NCBI GenBank assembly: GCA_017959345.1
Contig: JAGDAW010000209.1
Coordinates: 1-34,452, forward strand
Reading direction: 5' to 3'
DNA: 34,452 nt
Origin: Lachnospiraceae bacterium
GTDB taxonomy: Bacteria > Bacillota > Clostridia > Lachnospirales > Lachnospiraceae
Made by a program: the position numbers and the translations under genes. Shown here in pieces: positions 1 through 6,945 of this stretch; position 1 is the first letter of the stretch; each line of letters begins with the position of its first letter. The notes under the pieces were generated by a model. That model made no database searches and was not told where the DNA came from. It saw only the letters and a program-made list of their open reading frames with translations.

Positions 1-444
1 GATGCTTTTGACCGGCGCATGCCCTTCCAGAAGTCCCATCACGATCGGCGTCGTTATATAATAAGGTAAATTCGCGACCACCTTGAGCGGTTTCCCGCCG
101 CATTGCTCCTTCGAAAGCGCATCAATATCGACTTTCAGGATGTCCCCGTGAATGACGGTCACGTTCGGACAATGCGACAGCGTGTCTTCCAGAATCGGGA
201 TCAGTTTGTCGTCGATCTCGACCGCAAAGACCCGATGCGCTATGCCGGCCAACGCTTCCGTCAGCGTCCCGATCCCCGGCCCGATTTCCAGAACGTCGTC
301 TTCCGGCCCGATTTCGGCCGCACGAAGGATCTTCTCCAAGACGTGAGCATCGATCAGAAAGTTCTGACCGAAGCGCCTGTTGAAGACGAAATCGTACTTT
401 TTCAACACCTCTATGGTGTTTTTCGGGTCGATCAGGTTCGGCAT
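1..444 (-). CDS. rsmA: 16S rRNA (adenine-N6,N6)-dimethyltransferase RsmA/KsgA; only the N-terminal 148 aa, gene runs off the left edge
   Basis: Absent from the ORF track because it is truncated. My reverse-complement translation from the ATG at 442-444 gives MPNLIDPKNTIEVLKKYDFVFNRRFGQNFLIDAHVLEKILRAAEIGPEDDVLEIGPGIGTLTEAL...KVVANLPYYITTPIV. GQNFL, the SAM-binding EIGPGxGxLT block and NLPY are the KsgA signature. The frame stays open to position 1. Confidence 0.9.
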   Translation of the reverse strand, partial: MPNLIDPKNTIEVLKKYDFVFNRRFGQNFLIDAHVLEKILRAAEIGPEDDVLEIGPGIGTLTEALAGIAHRVFAVEIDDKLIPILEDTLSHCPNVTVIHGDILKVDIDALSKEQCGGKPLKVVANLPYYITTPIVMGLLEGHAPVKSI

Positions 445-468
445 GGTCCCATCCGCATAAACGGCGGC

Positions 469-1812
469 TTACAGTCTCTTTTTCAGTGCCTCGCCCTCGG
501 CCTCATATCCCGGCTTTCCGAGCAGGGCAAACATGTTCTTCTTGTAGTTTTCCACGCCGGGCTGGTTGAAGGGATTCACGCCGAGCATGTATCCCGAAAC
601 GCCGCAGGCAAACTCATAGAAATAGAACAGCTGGCCGAGCGTGTACGCGGTCTGGTCCTTCACATGGACGATCAGGTTCGGCACATCGCAGTCGATGTGG
701 GCGAGCAGCGTGCCCTTCAGGGCGCAGTCATTGACGAAATCCATGTCCTTGCCGGTCAGGTAGTTCAGGCCGTCCAGATCCACGGGCTCCGCTTCGATGG
801 TCACGGTGGACTTCGAAGACTGGATGTCAATCACCGTCTCGAACATGGAACGGGACCCGTCCTGTACGAACTGGCCCATGGAATGCAGGTCTGTCGTGAA
901 ATCCACCGACGCCGGATACAGGCCCTTGCGGTCCTTGCCTTCCGACTCGCCGAAGAGCTGCTTCCACCACTCCGCGATGAAATGGCAGCAGGGCTCGTAG
1001 TTCGAGGTCAGCTCGATGGCCTTCCCCTGGTCATAGAAAATGTTCCGGAACGCGGCATACATGAAGGAGTCGCTCTCCTCCGTCTCCATGCAGTACGCCC
1101 GCATGTCCGCGGCGCCCTGCATCAGCGCGTCGATATCCACACCGGTGGCGGCGATGGGCAGCAGGCCCACGGCGGTCAGGACGGAATAGCGCCCGCCGAT
1201 GTCATCCGGGACCACGAACGTCTCGTAGCCTTCCGCGTCCGCAAGGGTCTTCAGCGCGCCGCGCGCCTTATCGGTCGTGGCGTAGATCCGCTTCGCGGCC
1301 TCTTCCTTCCCGTACTTCTTCTCGGCCAGCGCCTTGAAGACGCGGAACGCGATGGCGGGTTCCGTGGTGGTGCCGGACTTCGAGATCACATTGACGGAAA
1401 AGTCACGGTCCCCGATGATCCCGATCAGCTGGGACAGGTACGTACCGCTCAGGGAGTTCCCCGCGTAATAGATCTCCGGCGCTTTCCGCTCTTCCGGGGA
1501 CAGCGCGTTGTAGAACGAGTGGTTCAGGAATTCATTGGCCGCGCGGGCGCCCAGGTAGGAACCGCCGATGCCGATGACGACCAGCACTTCCGAATCTTCC
1601 CGGATCTTCGCCGCCGCTTTCTTGATGCGGGCGAACTCTTCCTTGTCGTAGTCCAAGGGCAGGTCGATCCAGCCCACATAATCATTTCCGGCGCCGCTCC
1701 GGGTGAGCAGCGTATTGCGGGCTTCGCGCGCCCGGACCTTCATGGCGTCGACTTCTTCCGCGGTGACGAACACGCCGGTCCTCGAATAATCAAAACTGAC
1801 ATTTTTCTCCAT
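469..1812 (-). CDS. pgi: glucose-6-phosphate isomerase (447 aa, Firmicutes-type short Pgi)
   Basis: Track [13 protein letters not shown]...[14 protein letters not shown]...[13 protein letters not shown]...[10 protein letters not shown]...[14 protein letters not shown]...ESEGK. These are typical PGI sugar-isomerase motifs. GGAGG sits 7 nt upstream of the ATG at 1812. Confidence 0.95.
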   Translation of the reverse strand: MEKNVSFDYSRTGVFVTAEEVDAMKVRAREARNTLLTRSGAGNDYVGWIDLPLDYDKEEFARIKKAAAKIREDSEVLVVIGIGGSYLGARAANEFLNHSFYNALSPEERKAPEIYYAGNSLSGTYLSQLIGIIGDRDFSVNVISKSGTTTEPAIAFRVFKALAEKKYGKEEAAKRIYATTDKARGALKTLADAEGYETFVVPDDIGGRYSVLTAVGLLPIAATGVDIDALMQGAADMRAYCMETEESDSFMYAAFRNIFYDQGKAIELTSNYEPCCHFIAEWWKQLFGESEGKDRKGLYPASVDFTTDLHSMGQFVQDGSRSMFETVIDIQSSKSTVTIEAEPVDLDGLNYLTGKDMDFVNDCALKGTLLAHIDCDVPNLIVHVKDQTAYTLGQLFYFYEFACGVSGYMLGVNPFNQPGVENYKKNMFALLGKPGYEAEGEALKKRL

Positions 1813-1971
1813 GGATCAACCTCCGTAACAGATCTGATGGCGCCGGGTCCGGAATGCGGACCTTCCCGGCGCGGATGCGCACAGCCCCTCGGCTGTGCCG
1901 GACAGTCCCGCAAACCCACGGGACCCGGTGCGTCTCCGGGCGGACGCGCCGCGGGGACACCCCAAAAAAGT

Positions 1972-2000
1972 ATTATAACCCCTTTTTAAACAGATGGCAA
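1972..2000 (-). promoter_or_regulatory. sigma-70-type promoter for pgi (TTGCCA-17 nt-TATAAT on the minus strand)
   Basis: -35 is the reverse complement of 1995-2000 and -10 the reverse complement of 1972-1977, with exactly 17 nt between them. It implies a 5' leader of about 150 nt before the pgi ATG. Confidence 0.5.
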
Positions 2001-2006
2001 CTTAAA

Positions 2007-2059
2007 AATGCGCATCCGGACAGGGTCCCCGCGAAGATCGCGCGATAAGCCCTGCCCGG
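2007..2059 (-). terminator. possible intrinsic terminator after the yczE-like gene
   Basis: 10-bp stem (2016-2025 pairs with 2050-2059, one G-U) enclosing an inner CGCGA/TCGCG stem. On the minus strand it is followed by AUGCGCAUUUUU. The U-run is offset from the stem by 7 nt, so this is a weak call. Confidence 0.35.
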
Positions 2060-2063
2060 CCTG

Positions 2064-2930
2064 TCATTTCCGGACCAGGATGCCGGATACTTCTATGATG
2101 TCCTTATGCCGCAGTTTCCTGGGCTCGAACCCGATCAGTGAGAAAACGACCTGCATCACGAGGCCGGCCCCGAACGTGCTGATCAGCGTCCCGATCCCGA
2201 CGGAGCCCCCGAGGAGCCAACCTGCCAGCAGGACCACGGCCCACAGGAGGATCTCCACGAAGCCGATCGGGACCTTCGGCATCCGTTTCCCCAGGCCGAC
2301 CAGCAGGGAATCCCGCGGGCCGCAGCACTGTTCCGCCCCCATGTAGATCCACGCCCCCACGGCCATGAAGACGAAGCCGGCGAGCATGACGCCGATCCCC
2401 AGCCAGAGGTCCGTATTCTCCGGGAATGGGTTCAGGGCGTTGTACATCTGGACGAAATTGCCGGTCAGGAGGGCGTCGATGACGGTCCCGTACCCGATCT
2501 TCTCCTTCATCAGGACGTCGATCACCAGGATGATCACCGCGACCCCGGTCATGCAGATCCCGTAGTTGAACGGCAGGTGGCGCGCCAGGCCCATGCCCAG
2601 GCAGTCCCAGGGCGCCAGCCCGATATTCGCGTAAATGGTGAGGTGTACCCCGAAAGCGAACACCAGGAGTCCCAGGACGATCCGGCCCCATTCCAGCACG
2701 ACGGTCCGGGCACCGGGCGTCGGCGGTTCCCCGCCGGACTCACCCGGCGGAATGACAGACTTTTCTCCGGGTGTTGGCGGTTCCGCGCCGGACTCACCCG
2801 GCGGAATGACAGACTTTTCTCCGGGCGTCGGCGGTTCCCCGCCGGACTCACCCGGCGGAATGACAGACTTCGCGCCGGGGACAGGCAGCCCTGCCCCCGG
2901 TGCGGAATTCCCGGCCGTTTCCCGGTCCAT
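2064..2930 (-). CDS. YczE/YitT-superfamily integral membrane protein (COG2364-like) with an N-terminal Pro/Gly/Glu-rich tandem-repeat extension
   Basis: 288 aa. The core (GVHLTIYANIGLAPWDCLGMGL...CGPRDSLLVGL...GSVGIGTLISTFGAGL) matches my recollection of YczE-type proteins, with about 6 TM helices. The N-terminus carries 3 copies of PPGESGGEPPTPGEKSVI. The ATG at 2930 lies 1 nt after the ybjQ stop. Confidence 0.75.
   Translation of the reverse strand: MDRETAGNSAPGAGLPVPGAKSVIPPGESGGEPPTPGEKSVIPPGESGAEPPTPGEKSVIPPGESGGEPPTPGARTVVLEWGRIVLGLLVFAFGVHLTIYANIGLAPWDCLGMGLARHLPFNYGICMTGVAVIILVIDVLMKEKIGYGTVIDALLTGNFVQMYNALNPFPENTDLWLGIGVMLAGFVFMAVGAWIYMGAEQCCGPRDSLLVGLGKRMPKVPIGFVEILLWAVVLLAGWLLGGSVGIGTLISTFGAGLVMQVVFSLIGFEPRKLRHKDIIEVSGILVRK
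2713..2874. repeat. 54-bp in-frame tandem repeat, 3 near-identical copies (2713, 2767, 2821), inside the yczE-like CDS
   Basis: Read directly: ccgggcgtcggcggttccccgccggactcacccggcggaatgacagacttttct repeats with 2-3 substitutions per copy. It encodes an 18-aa unit. Confidence 0.9.
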
Positions 2931-2931
2931 C

Positions 2932-3246
2932 TTACCTGCGGAACCGGACGGCCGTGCCGTATGCCATCACTTCCGCGGCGCCCTGCATGACCGCCGAAGA
3001 CGCGTACCGGACGTTCACGACGGCGTCCGCGCCGAGCGATTCGGCCTCCGCCACCATGCGCTTGGTGGCCAGCGCGCGGGCTTCGTTCATCATTTCGGTA
3101 TACGCCTTCAGTTCCCCGCCCACCAGGGTTTTAAACGCCTGGGTAATGTCCTTGCCGATGTTTTTCGACTGGATGGTGCTGCCCTTTACAAGGCCCAGCA
3201 TGTCCAGTTCCTTCCCGTTGATGTAATCCGTATTGACTAAGATCAT
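2932..3246 (-). CDS. YbjQ-family protein (UPF0145, annotated heavy-metal-binding domain), 104 aa
   Basis: MILVNTDYINGKELDMLGLVKGSTIQSKNIGKDI...GGELKAYTEMMNEARALATKRMVAEAESLGADAVVNVRY... is the characteristic YbjQ/UPF0145 sequence. AAGGAGG is upstream of the ATG. Confidence 0.9.
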   Translation of the reverse strand: MILVNTDYINGKELDMLGLVKGSTIQSKNIGKDITQAFKTLVGGELKAYTEMMNEARALATKRMVAEAESLGADAVVNVRYASSAVMQGAAEVMAYGTAVRFRR

Positions 3247-3376
3247 GTTCCTGCCTCCTTGTTTTCTGTTTCATGTCCGTCTGTGCGACGCCGGTGCCGC
3301 GGCCGCGGGCCGGGCGCAGACATTTTCCTGTGCTGCCCGTTCAGGCGCCGATGTGCGGCTTGCGGGCATTGCAGTG

Positions 3377-3405
3377 ATTATACAACAGAATCGACGCCGT
3401 GACAA
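3377..3405 (-). promoter_or_regulatory. sigma-70-type promoter for the ybjQ/yczE pair (TTGTCA-17 nt-TATAAT)
   Basis: -35 is the reverse complement of 3400-3405 and -10 the reverse complement of 3377-3382, spacing 17 nt. It lies downstream of the GH3a terminator and leaves a GC-rich leader of about 120 nt. Confidence 0.5.
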
Positions 3406-3460
3406 CGGTTTTTCAAATGCCGCAGCCGGGCGTTTCCGCCCCGGGCCACCCGCCGCCCCG

Positions 3461-3506
3461 GAAAAAGGGAACGGGATGTGCCTCCGCGGAAGCACGTCCC
3501 GTTCCC
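3461..3506 (-). terminator. rho-independent terminator ending the GH3b...GH3a operon
   Basis: 15-bp stem (3467-3481 pairs with 3492-3506, one G-U), 10-nt loop, then UUUUUC on the minus strand (3461-3466). It sits 27 nt after the GH3a stop. Confidence 0.8.
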
Positions 3507-3532
3507 ATAAGGTCCGGAGGGGCCTGTATGTT

Positions 3533-6457
3533 TTACCGCTCCTCTTCTTTCTTTTCCTTCAGCGCCTGCGCCACGGAGAGCACGAGCCCGGCCGCGGCCG
3601 CCAGTGCCGACAGGATCACGCCGCCAAGCAGCAGGACCTGCCACAGGGGCATCACCGTCACGATCCGCGTCGTGGGTGAGATCCCGTTCATCATGGCGCT
3701 GAAATTCACCATCACATAGAGCACGCGGTGCACGGCTTCGCGCACCCGGATGCGGTACGGGATGCTGTTCTTCCACTCCTTCAGTGCGGTTTTGCTGCCG
3801 CTGCCAAGGAACAGGTCCGTCCCGTTGATCACGCCGTCGTCATAGGTCATGAACAGCGCGCCGTTGGAAGAAGCCATATCCGTAATGAAATAGCCTTCGA
3901 AGCCCCATTCGCCCCGTGCGATGTCCGTCTGGAGGGCGCCGGAAGCGCCGGTCCAGAGGGCGCCCGCGCGGTTGAAGCTCGACATGGCCCCTTTCGCCGC
4001 CCCGAGGGACGGGCGCATGGCGTATTCGAAGGGCGCGAGATAGATTTCCCGGGCCGACTGTTCGTTCAGCCAGACGCAGATGCCGTTCCGCGCCGCTTCC
4101 TCATCGTTGAAGATGAAATGCTTGAGGACCGCCACGACGCCTTTCTCCTGCATCCCGGCCGCTTCGGCGGCGGCCGCCGCGCCCGTCAGGAACGGGTCTT
4201 CGGAGAAGTATTCATGGGCGCGTCCCCCGAAGGGCGTCCGGTGGATATTGATGCCGGGGGCATACATGGTGTCTACCCCGTTCAGGCGGGCGTCTTCCGC
4301 GATCATCGCGCCGATCTTCCGGATCAGTTCGGTATCGAACGAGGAAGCCCAGATCCCCTCGCTGGGGAACGAGACGGACGTCACGGACGCGGTCACCGCC
4401 GTGGGGCCGTCGCTCGCCTTCGATTCCCGGAGCGCGATGCTGTCAAGCGGGCTGGTCCCGAACGCGGCGTTGCTGACCAGCAGGGCCTGTTCTTCGTACG
4501 TCAGCTGGTCCAGCAGGAGGTCCCAGGCACTGTGGTCGTACGGGAGTCCCCGGAGCGCGATCAGCTGGGAGCCGTTCTGCACATTGTATACGGGGGAGAC
4601 GGCGGACGCGTCTTCCGGAATCGCCTTATGGCTTGAAAGGTCCGCGAGCATGGCGTCGCCGGATACGGTCAGGCGCACCGGCTCCGCCGGCCAGGTGCCT
4701 TCCCAGTCCGACCGGGACACATACGTCACATGGTTTTCCCCGCGGTTGGGATACCGGTTGATGTCCACAAAATCCAGACGGTTCCCGATGGCCGCGCCGG
4801 TCTCTTTCGATACGGCATACGTCCGGTCGTCCTTCCGGTCTAAATGGAGCACCGCTTCGGCCAGCGCGCTGCTGCCGCCGTCAGTCATCCGGCCCGCCGT
4901 GTTCTCCCGCGTCAGGCCTTTCTTCGCCAGGATATTGTTCAGGGCGTCGTGGGCGTCCGTACCGGCCGCGAGGTAATAATCCCCCGGATCCAGCACATAG
5001 GTTCCCGCCCCTTCCGCGTCGTAGGACCGGAACTGCTCTTCCCGGATCTCGACGGTCACGGCCTCGGACGCCCCGGGCTCGAGCAGGCCGGTCTTCCCGA
5101 AGCCCGCGAGCTCCACGGACGCCTTCTCCACGCCGCCGTCGGCGTACGGCTTCTGAAGATAGATCTGGACGGTCTCCCGCCCCGCGGCGGTCCCGGTATT
5201 CTTCACGGTCACGGAAGCGCTGTAAATGCCCTTCCCGGCGTCGTGGGACACGCTGAAACCGCTGTATTCGAACGACGTATAGCTCAGTCCGTACCCGAAG
5301 GGGAACGCGACCACGGAACGGTAGTCGAAGCTGCCCGCGCCGGGGCGCTGCGTGACCACGTCCTCATAGCGGGTCTCGTAATACCGGTAACCCACGTAAA
5401 TGCCTTCCGTGTAAACGCCGTAATACTTCTGGGAGCTGTTCAGCCCCACCCCGTCGGCATTCCCGTAGACCTGCGCGAACAGGCCCTTGTCATTCAGCTT
5501 CCAGGACGCCATGGCGGGGGAAGAGAACGAATCCTTCACGTACGTATCCGTCAGGCGGCCCGAAGGGTTCACCCGGCCGGAAAGCACGTCGGCCACGCCT
5601 TCCGTCCCGTTCAGGCCGAGGTTGCCGACCCACAGGCAGGCGTCCACCCCGATGCCCGGATCCGACAGGAAATCGGTCTGCATGGGCACGGCGCCGTTCA
5701 GCAGCACGACGATCCGTTGGAACACGCCGCTCCCCTTCAGCTCCGTCAGGCCTTTCAGCAGCGCCTCTTCCTGGGGCGTCATCGACAGGTAACTGCCGTC
5801 CCGGCCGTCGCTGCCCCTCGTGGATACGTCAAAGCCTTCCCCGCTGTCCCGGGACAGGACGACGATCGCCGCGTCCCCATAGGACGGGAATGTGGCCTGC
5901 TGGGCATTCCGCACGTCGTCCCAGGGGAGCTCGTTGACCGTGTAGGTCTTTACGAGGCCGTCCACCGTATTGACCCGCAGGCCGGCCGCCTTCCCGGCGT
6001 ACCAGTCCCAGAGACCCGGGTTGACGGTGAAACCGGCGCCTTCGAACGCGTTCCGGAAGGAGACGCATTTTTCGGTACCCGAAGCGCTGGAGCCCGTGGA
6101 ACTGAAGTTCGGATAGACGGAACCCTGCGCGAAGAAGCTGACCTTCGATCCCGAAGGTAGCGGCAGCGCGCCGTCTTTGTTCGTCAGGAGCACCAGCCCC
6201 TCCGCTTCCGCCTGCCTGCACAATGCGGCGGCCGCTTCAAACAGTTTCTCCGGGGTGTCGTACACCGCTGGGAAATAATTGGAATCATAGCTGCTGTCCG
6301 GCTCATTTTCCACGATCCGGGAGGTGCTGATGCCGAAATGGTTGTTGATCAGCGCGGCGTAGGCGGAAGTCGCGGCATACACCGCCGTCAGCACGCAGGC
6401 GAGGGTCAGGCCGATGACAAACAGCCGTTTCGCCGTCCGTCCTTTCTTCTTATCCAT
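3533..6457 (-). CDS. glycoside hydrolase family 3 (beta-glucosidase/xylosidase-like), 974 aa, reversed domain order, N-terminal signal anchor plus C-terminal TM tail (GH3a)
   Basis: Start moved from the track's 6553 to the ATG at 6457 (MDKKKGRTAKRLFVIGLTLACVL), which has GGAGAGGAGG upstream and overlaps the upstream stop by 8 nt. Motifs: AIVVLSRDSGEGFD, PFGYGLSYTSFEY, VTVKNTGTAAGRETVQIYL (Fn3-like), KHFIFNDEE, GFEGYFITDM (putative nucleophile Asp). Confidence 0.9.
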   Translation of the reverse strand: MDKKKGRTAKRLFVIGLTLACVLTAVYAATSAYAALINNHFGISTSRIVENEPDSSYDSNYFPAVYDTPEKLFEAAAALCRQAEAEGLVLLTNKDGALPLPSGSKVSFFAQGSVYPNFSSTGSSASGTEKCVSFRNAFEGAGFTVNPGLWDWYAGKAAGLRVNTVDGLVKTYTVNELPWDDVRNAQQATFPSYGDAAIVVLSRDSGEGFDVSTRGSDGRDGSYLSMTPQEEALLKGLTELKGSGVFQRIVVLLNGAVPMQTDFLSDPGIGVDACLWVGNLGLNGTEGVADVLSGRVNPSGRLTDTYVKDSFSSPAMASWKLNDKGLFAQVYGNADGVGLNSSQKYYGVYTEGIYVGYRYYETRYEDVVTQRPGAGSFDYRSVVAFPFGYGLSYTSFEYSGFSVSHDAGKGIYSASVTVKNTGTAAGRETVQIYLQKPYADGGVEKASVELAGFGKTGLLEPGASEAVTVEIREEQFRSYDAEGAGTYVLDPGDYYLAAGTDAHDALNNILAKKGLTRENTAGRMTDGGSSALAEAVLHLDRKDDRTYAVSKETGAAIGNRLDFVDINRYPNRGENHVTYVSRSDWEGTWPAEPVRLTVSGDAMLADLSSHKAIPEDASAVSPVYNVQNGSQLIALRGLPYDHSAWDLLLDQLTYEEQALLVSNAAFGTSPLDSIALRESKASDGPTAVTASVTSVSFPSEGIWASSFDTELIRKIGAMIAEDARLNGVDTMYAPGINIHRTPFGGRAHEYFSEDPFLTGAAAAAEAAGMQEKGVVAVLKHFIFNDEEAARNGICVWLNEQSAREIYLAPFEYAMRPSLGAAKGAMSSFNRAGALWTGASGALQTDIARGEWGFEGYFITDMASSNGALFMTYDDGVINGTDLFLGSGSKTALKEWKNSIPYRIRVREAVHRVLYVMVNFSAMMNGISPTTRIVTVMPLWQVLLLGGVILSALAAAAGLVLSVAQALKEKKEEER

Positions 6458-6929
6458 GCTGTACCTCCTCTCCTTCGCCCGCGCCGGATGTCTCCTGCGC
6501 TTTCCCGCCGAATGCCCGGGCGGAAAGCAGCGCGAGGACCCACGCGGCCGCAAACATCACCGTCGTGATCACGAATACGGGGGACAGCCCGGTGCCGTCG
6601 ATCCCCACTGCGATATTGGCAATGTAGTTCAGCTGGCTGACAATGTAGAACAGCCACGCCAGGAGCGCCAGCGCGTATACCGCATAGAGCGCGAGCCCCA
6701 GCAGCCGGTCACTCCACGCCTTCCCGGTTCCTTTCCGGACAGGGATCAGGAGCGCAATCCCCGCCGCCGCGGCAGCCACCGAAAACAACAGGACCTGCAG
6801 GGACAGCTTCTGGGAAAACTCCGAAACGCCCGTCAGCGCATAAAGCGCCAGCGTGACGGCCTCCAGGATGGCCGCTGCCGCCAGGAGCACGAAAGCCCCT
6901 CTCCCTTCTTTTCCTTTTTCCTGATCCAT
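6450..6929 (-). CDS. small hypothetical integral membrane protein, 159 aa, 4 predicted TM helices
   Basis: Four hydrophobic stretches (approx. aa 12-32, 42-64, 75-97, 115-137) and an acidic Gly/Glu C-tail. GAGAGGA RBS. The gene starts 16 nt after the lipoprotein stop and overlaps the GH3a start (ATGGATAA). I recognise no family. Confidence 0.6.
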   Translation of the reverse strand: MDQEKGKEGRGAFVLLAAAAILEAVTLALYALTGVSEFSQKLSLQVLLFSVAAAAAGIALLIPVRKGTGKAWSDRLLGLALYAVYALALLAWLFYIVSQLNYIANIAVGIDGTGLSPVFVITTVMFAAAWVLALLSARAFGGKAQETSGAGEGEEVQHG

Positions 6930-6945
6930 GGGATACGTCCTCTCG

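Noticed and set aside
2713-2874. Possible CRISPR array or other non-coding repeat array.
   Set aside because: The 54-bp units are directly adjacent with no spacers. They are in frame (18 aa) inside a well-supported CDS, and no cas genes are present.
3233-3776. Small ORFs in and around the GH3a/ybjQ intergenic region (3233-3679 +, 3271-3495 -, 3378-3776 -, 3399-3719 +).
   Set aside because: They overlap a strong terminator and a promoter, have biased Arg/Ala/Gly/Pro composition and lack RBSs. The region is better explained as regulatory DNA.
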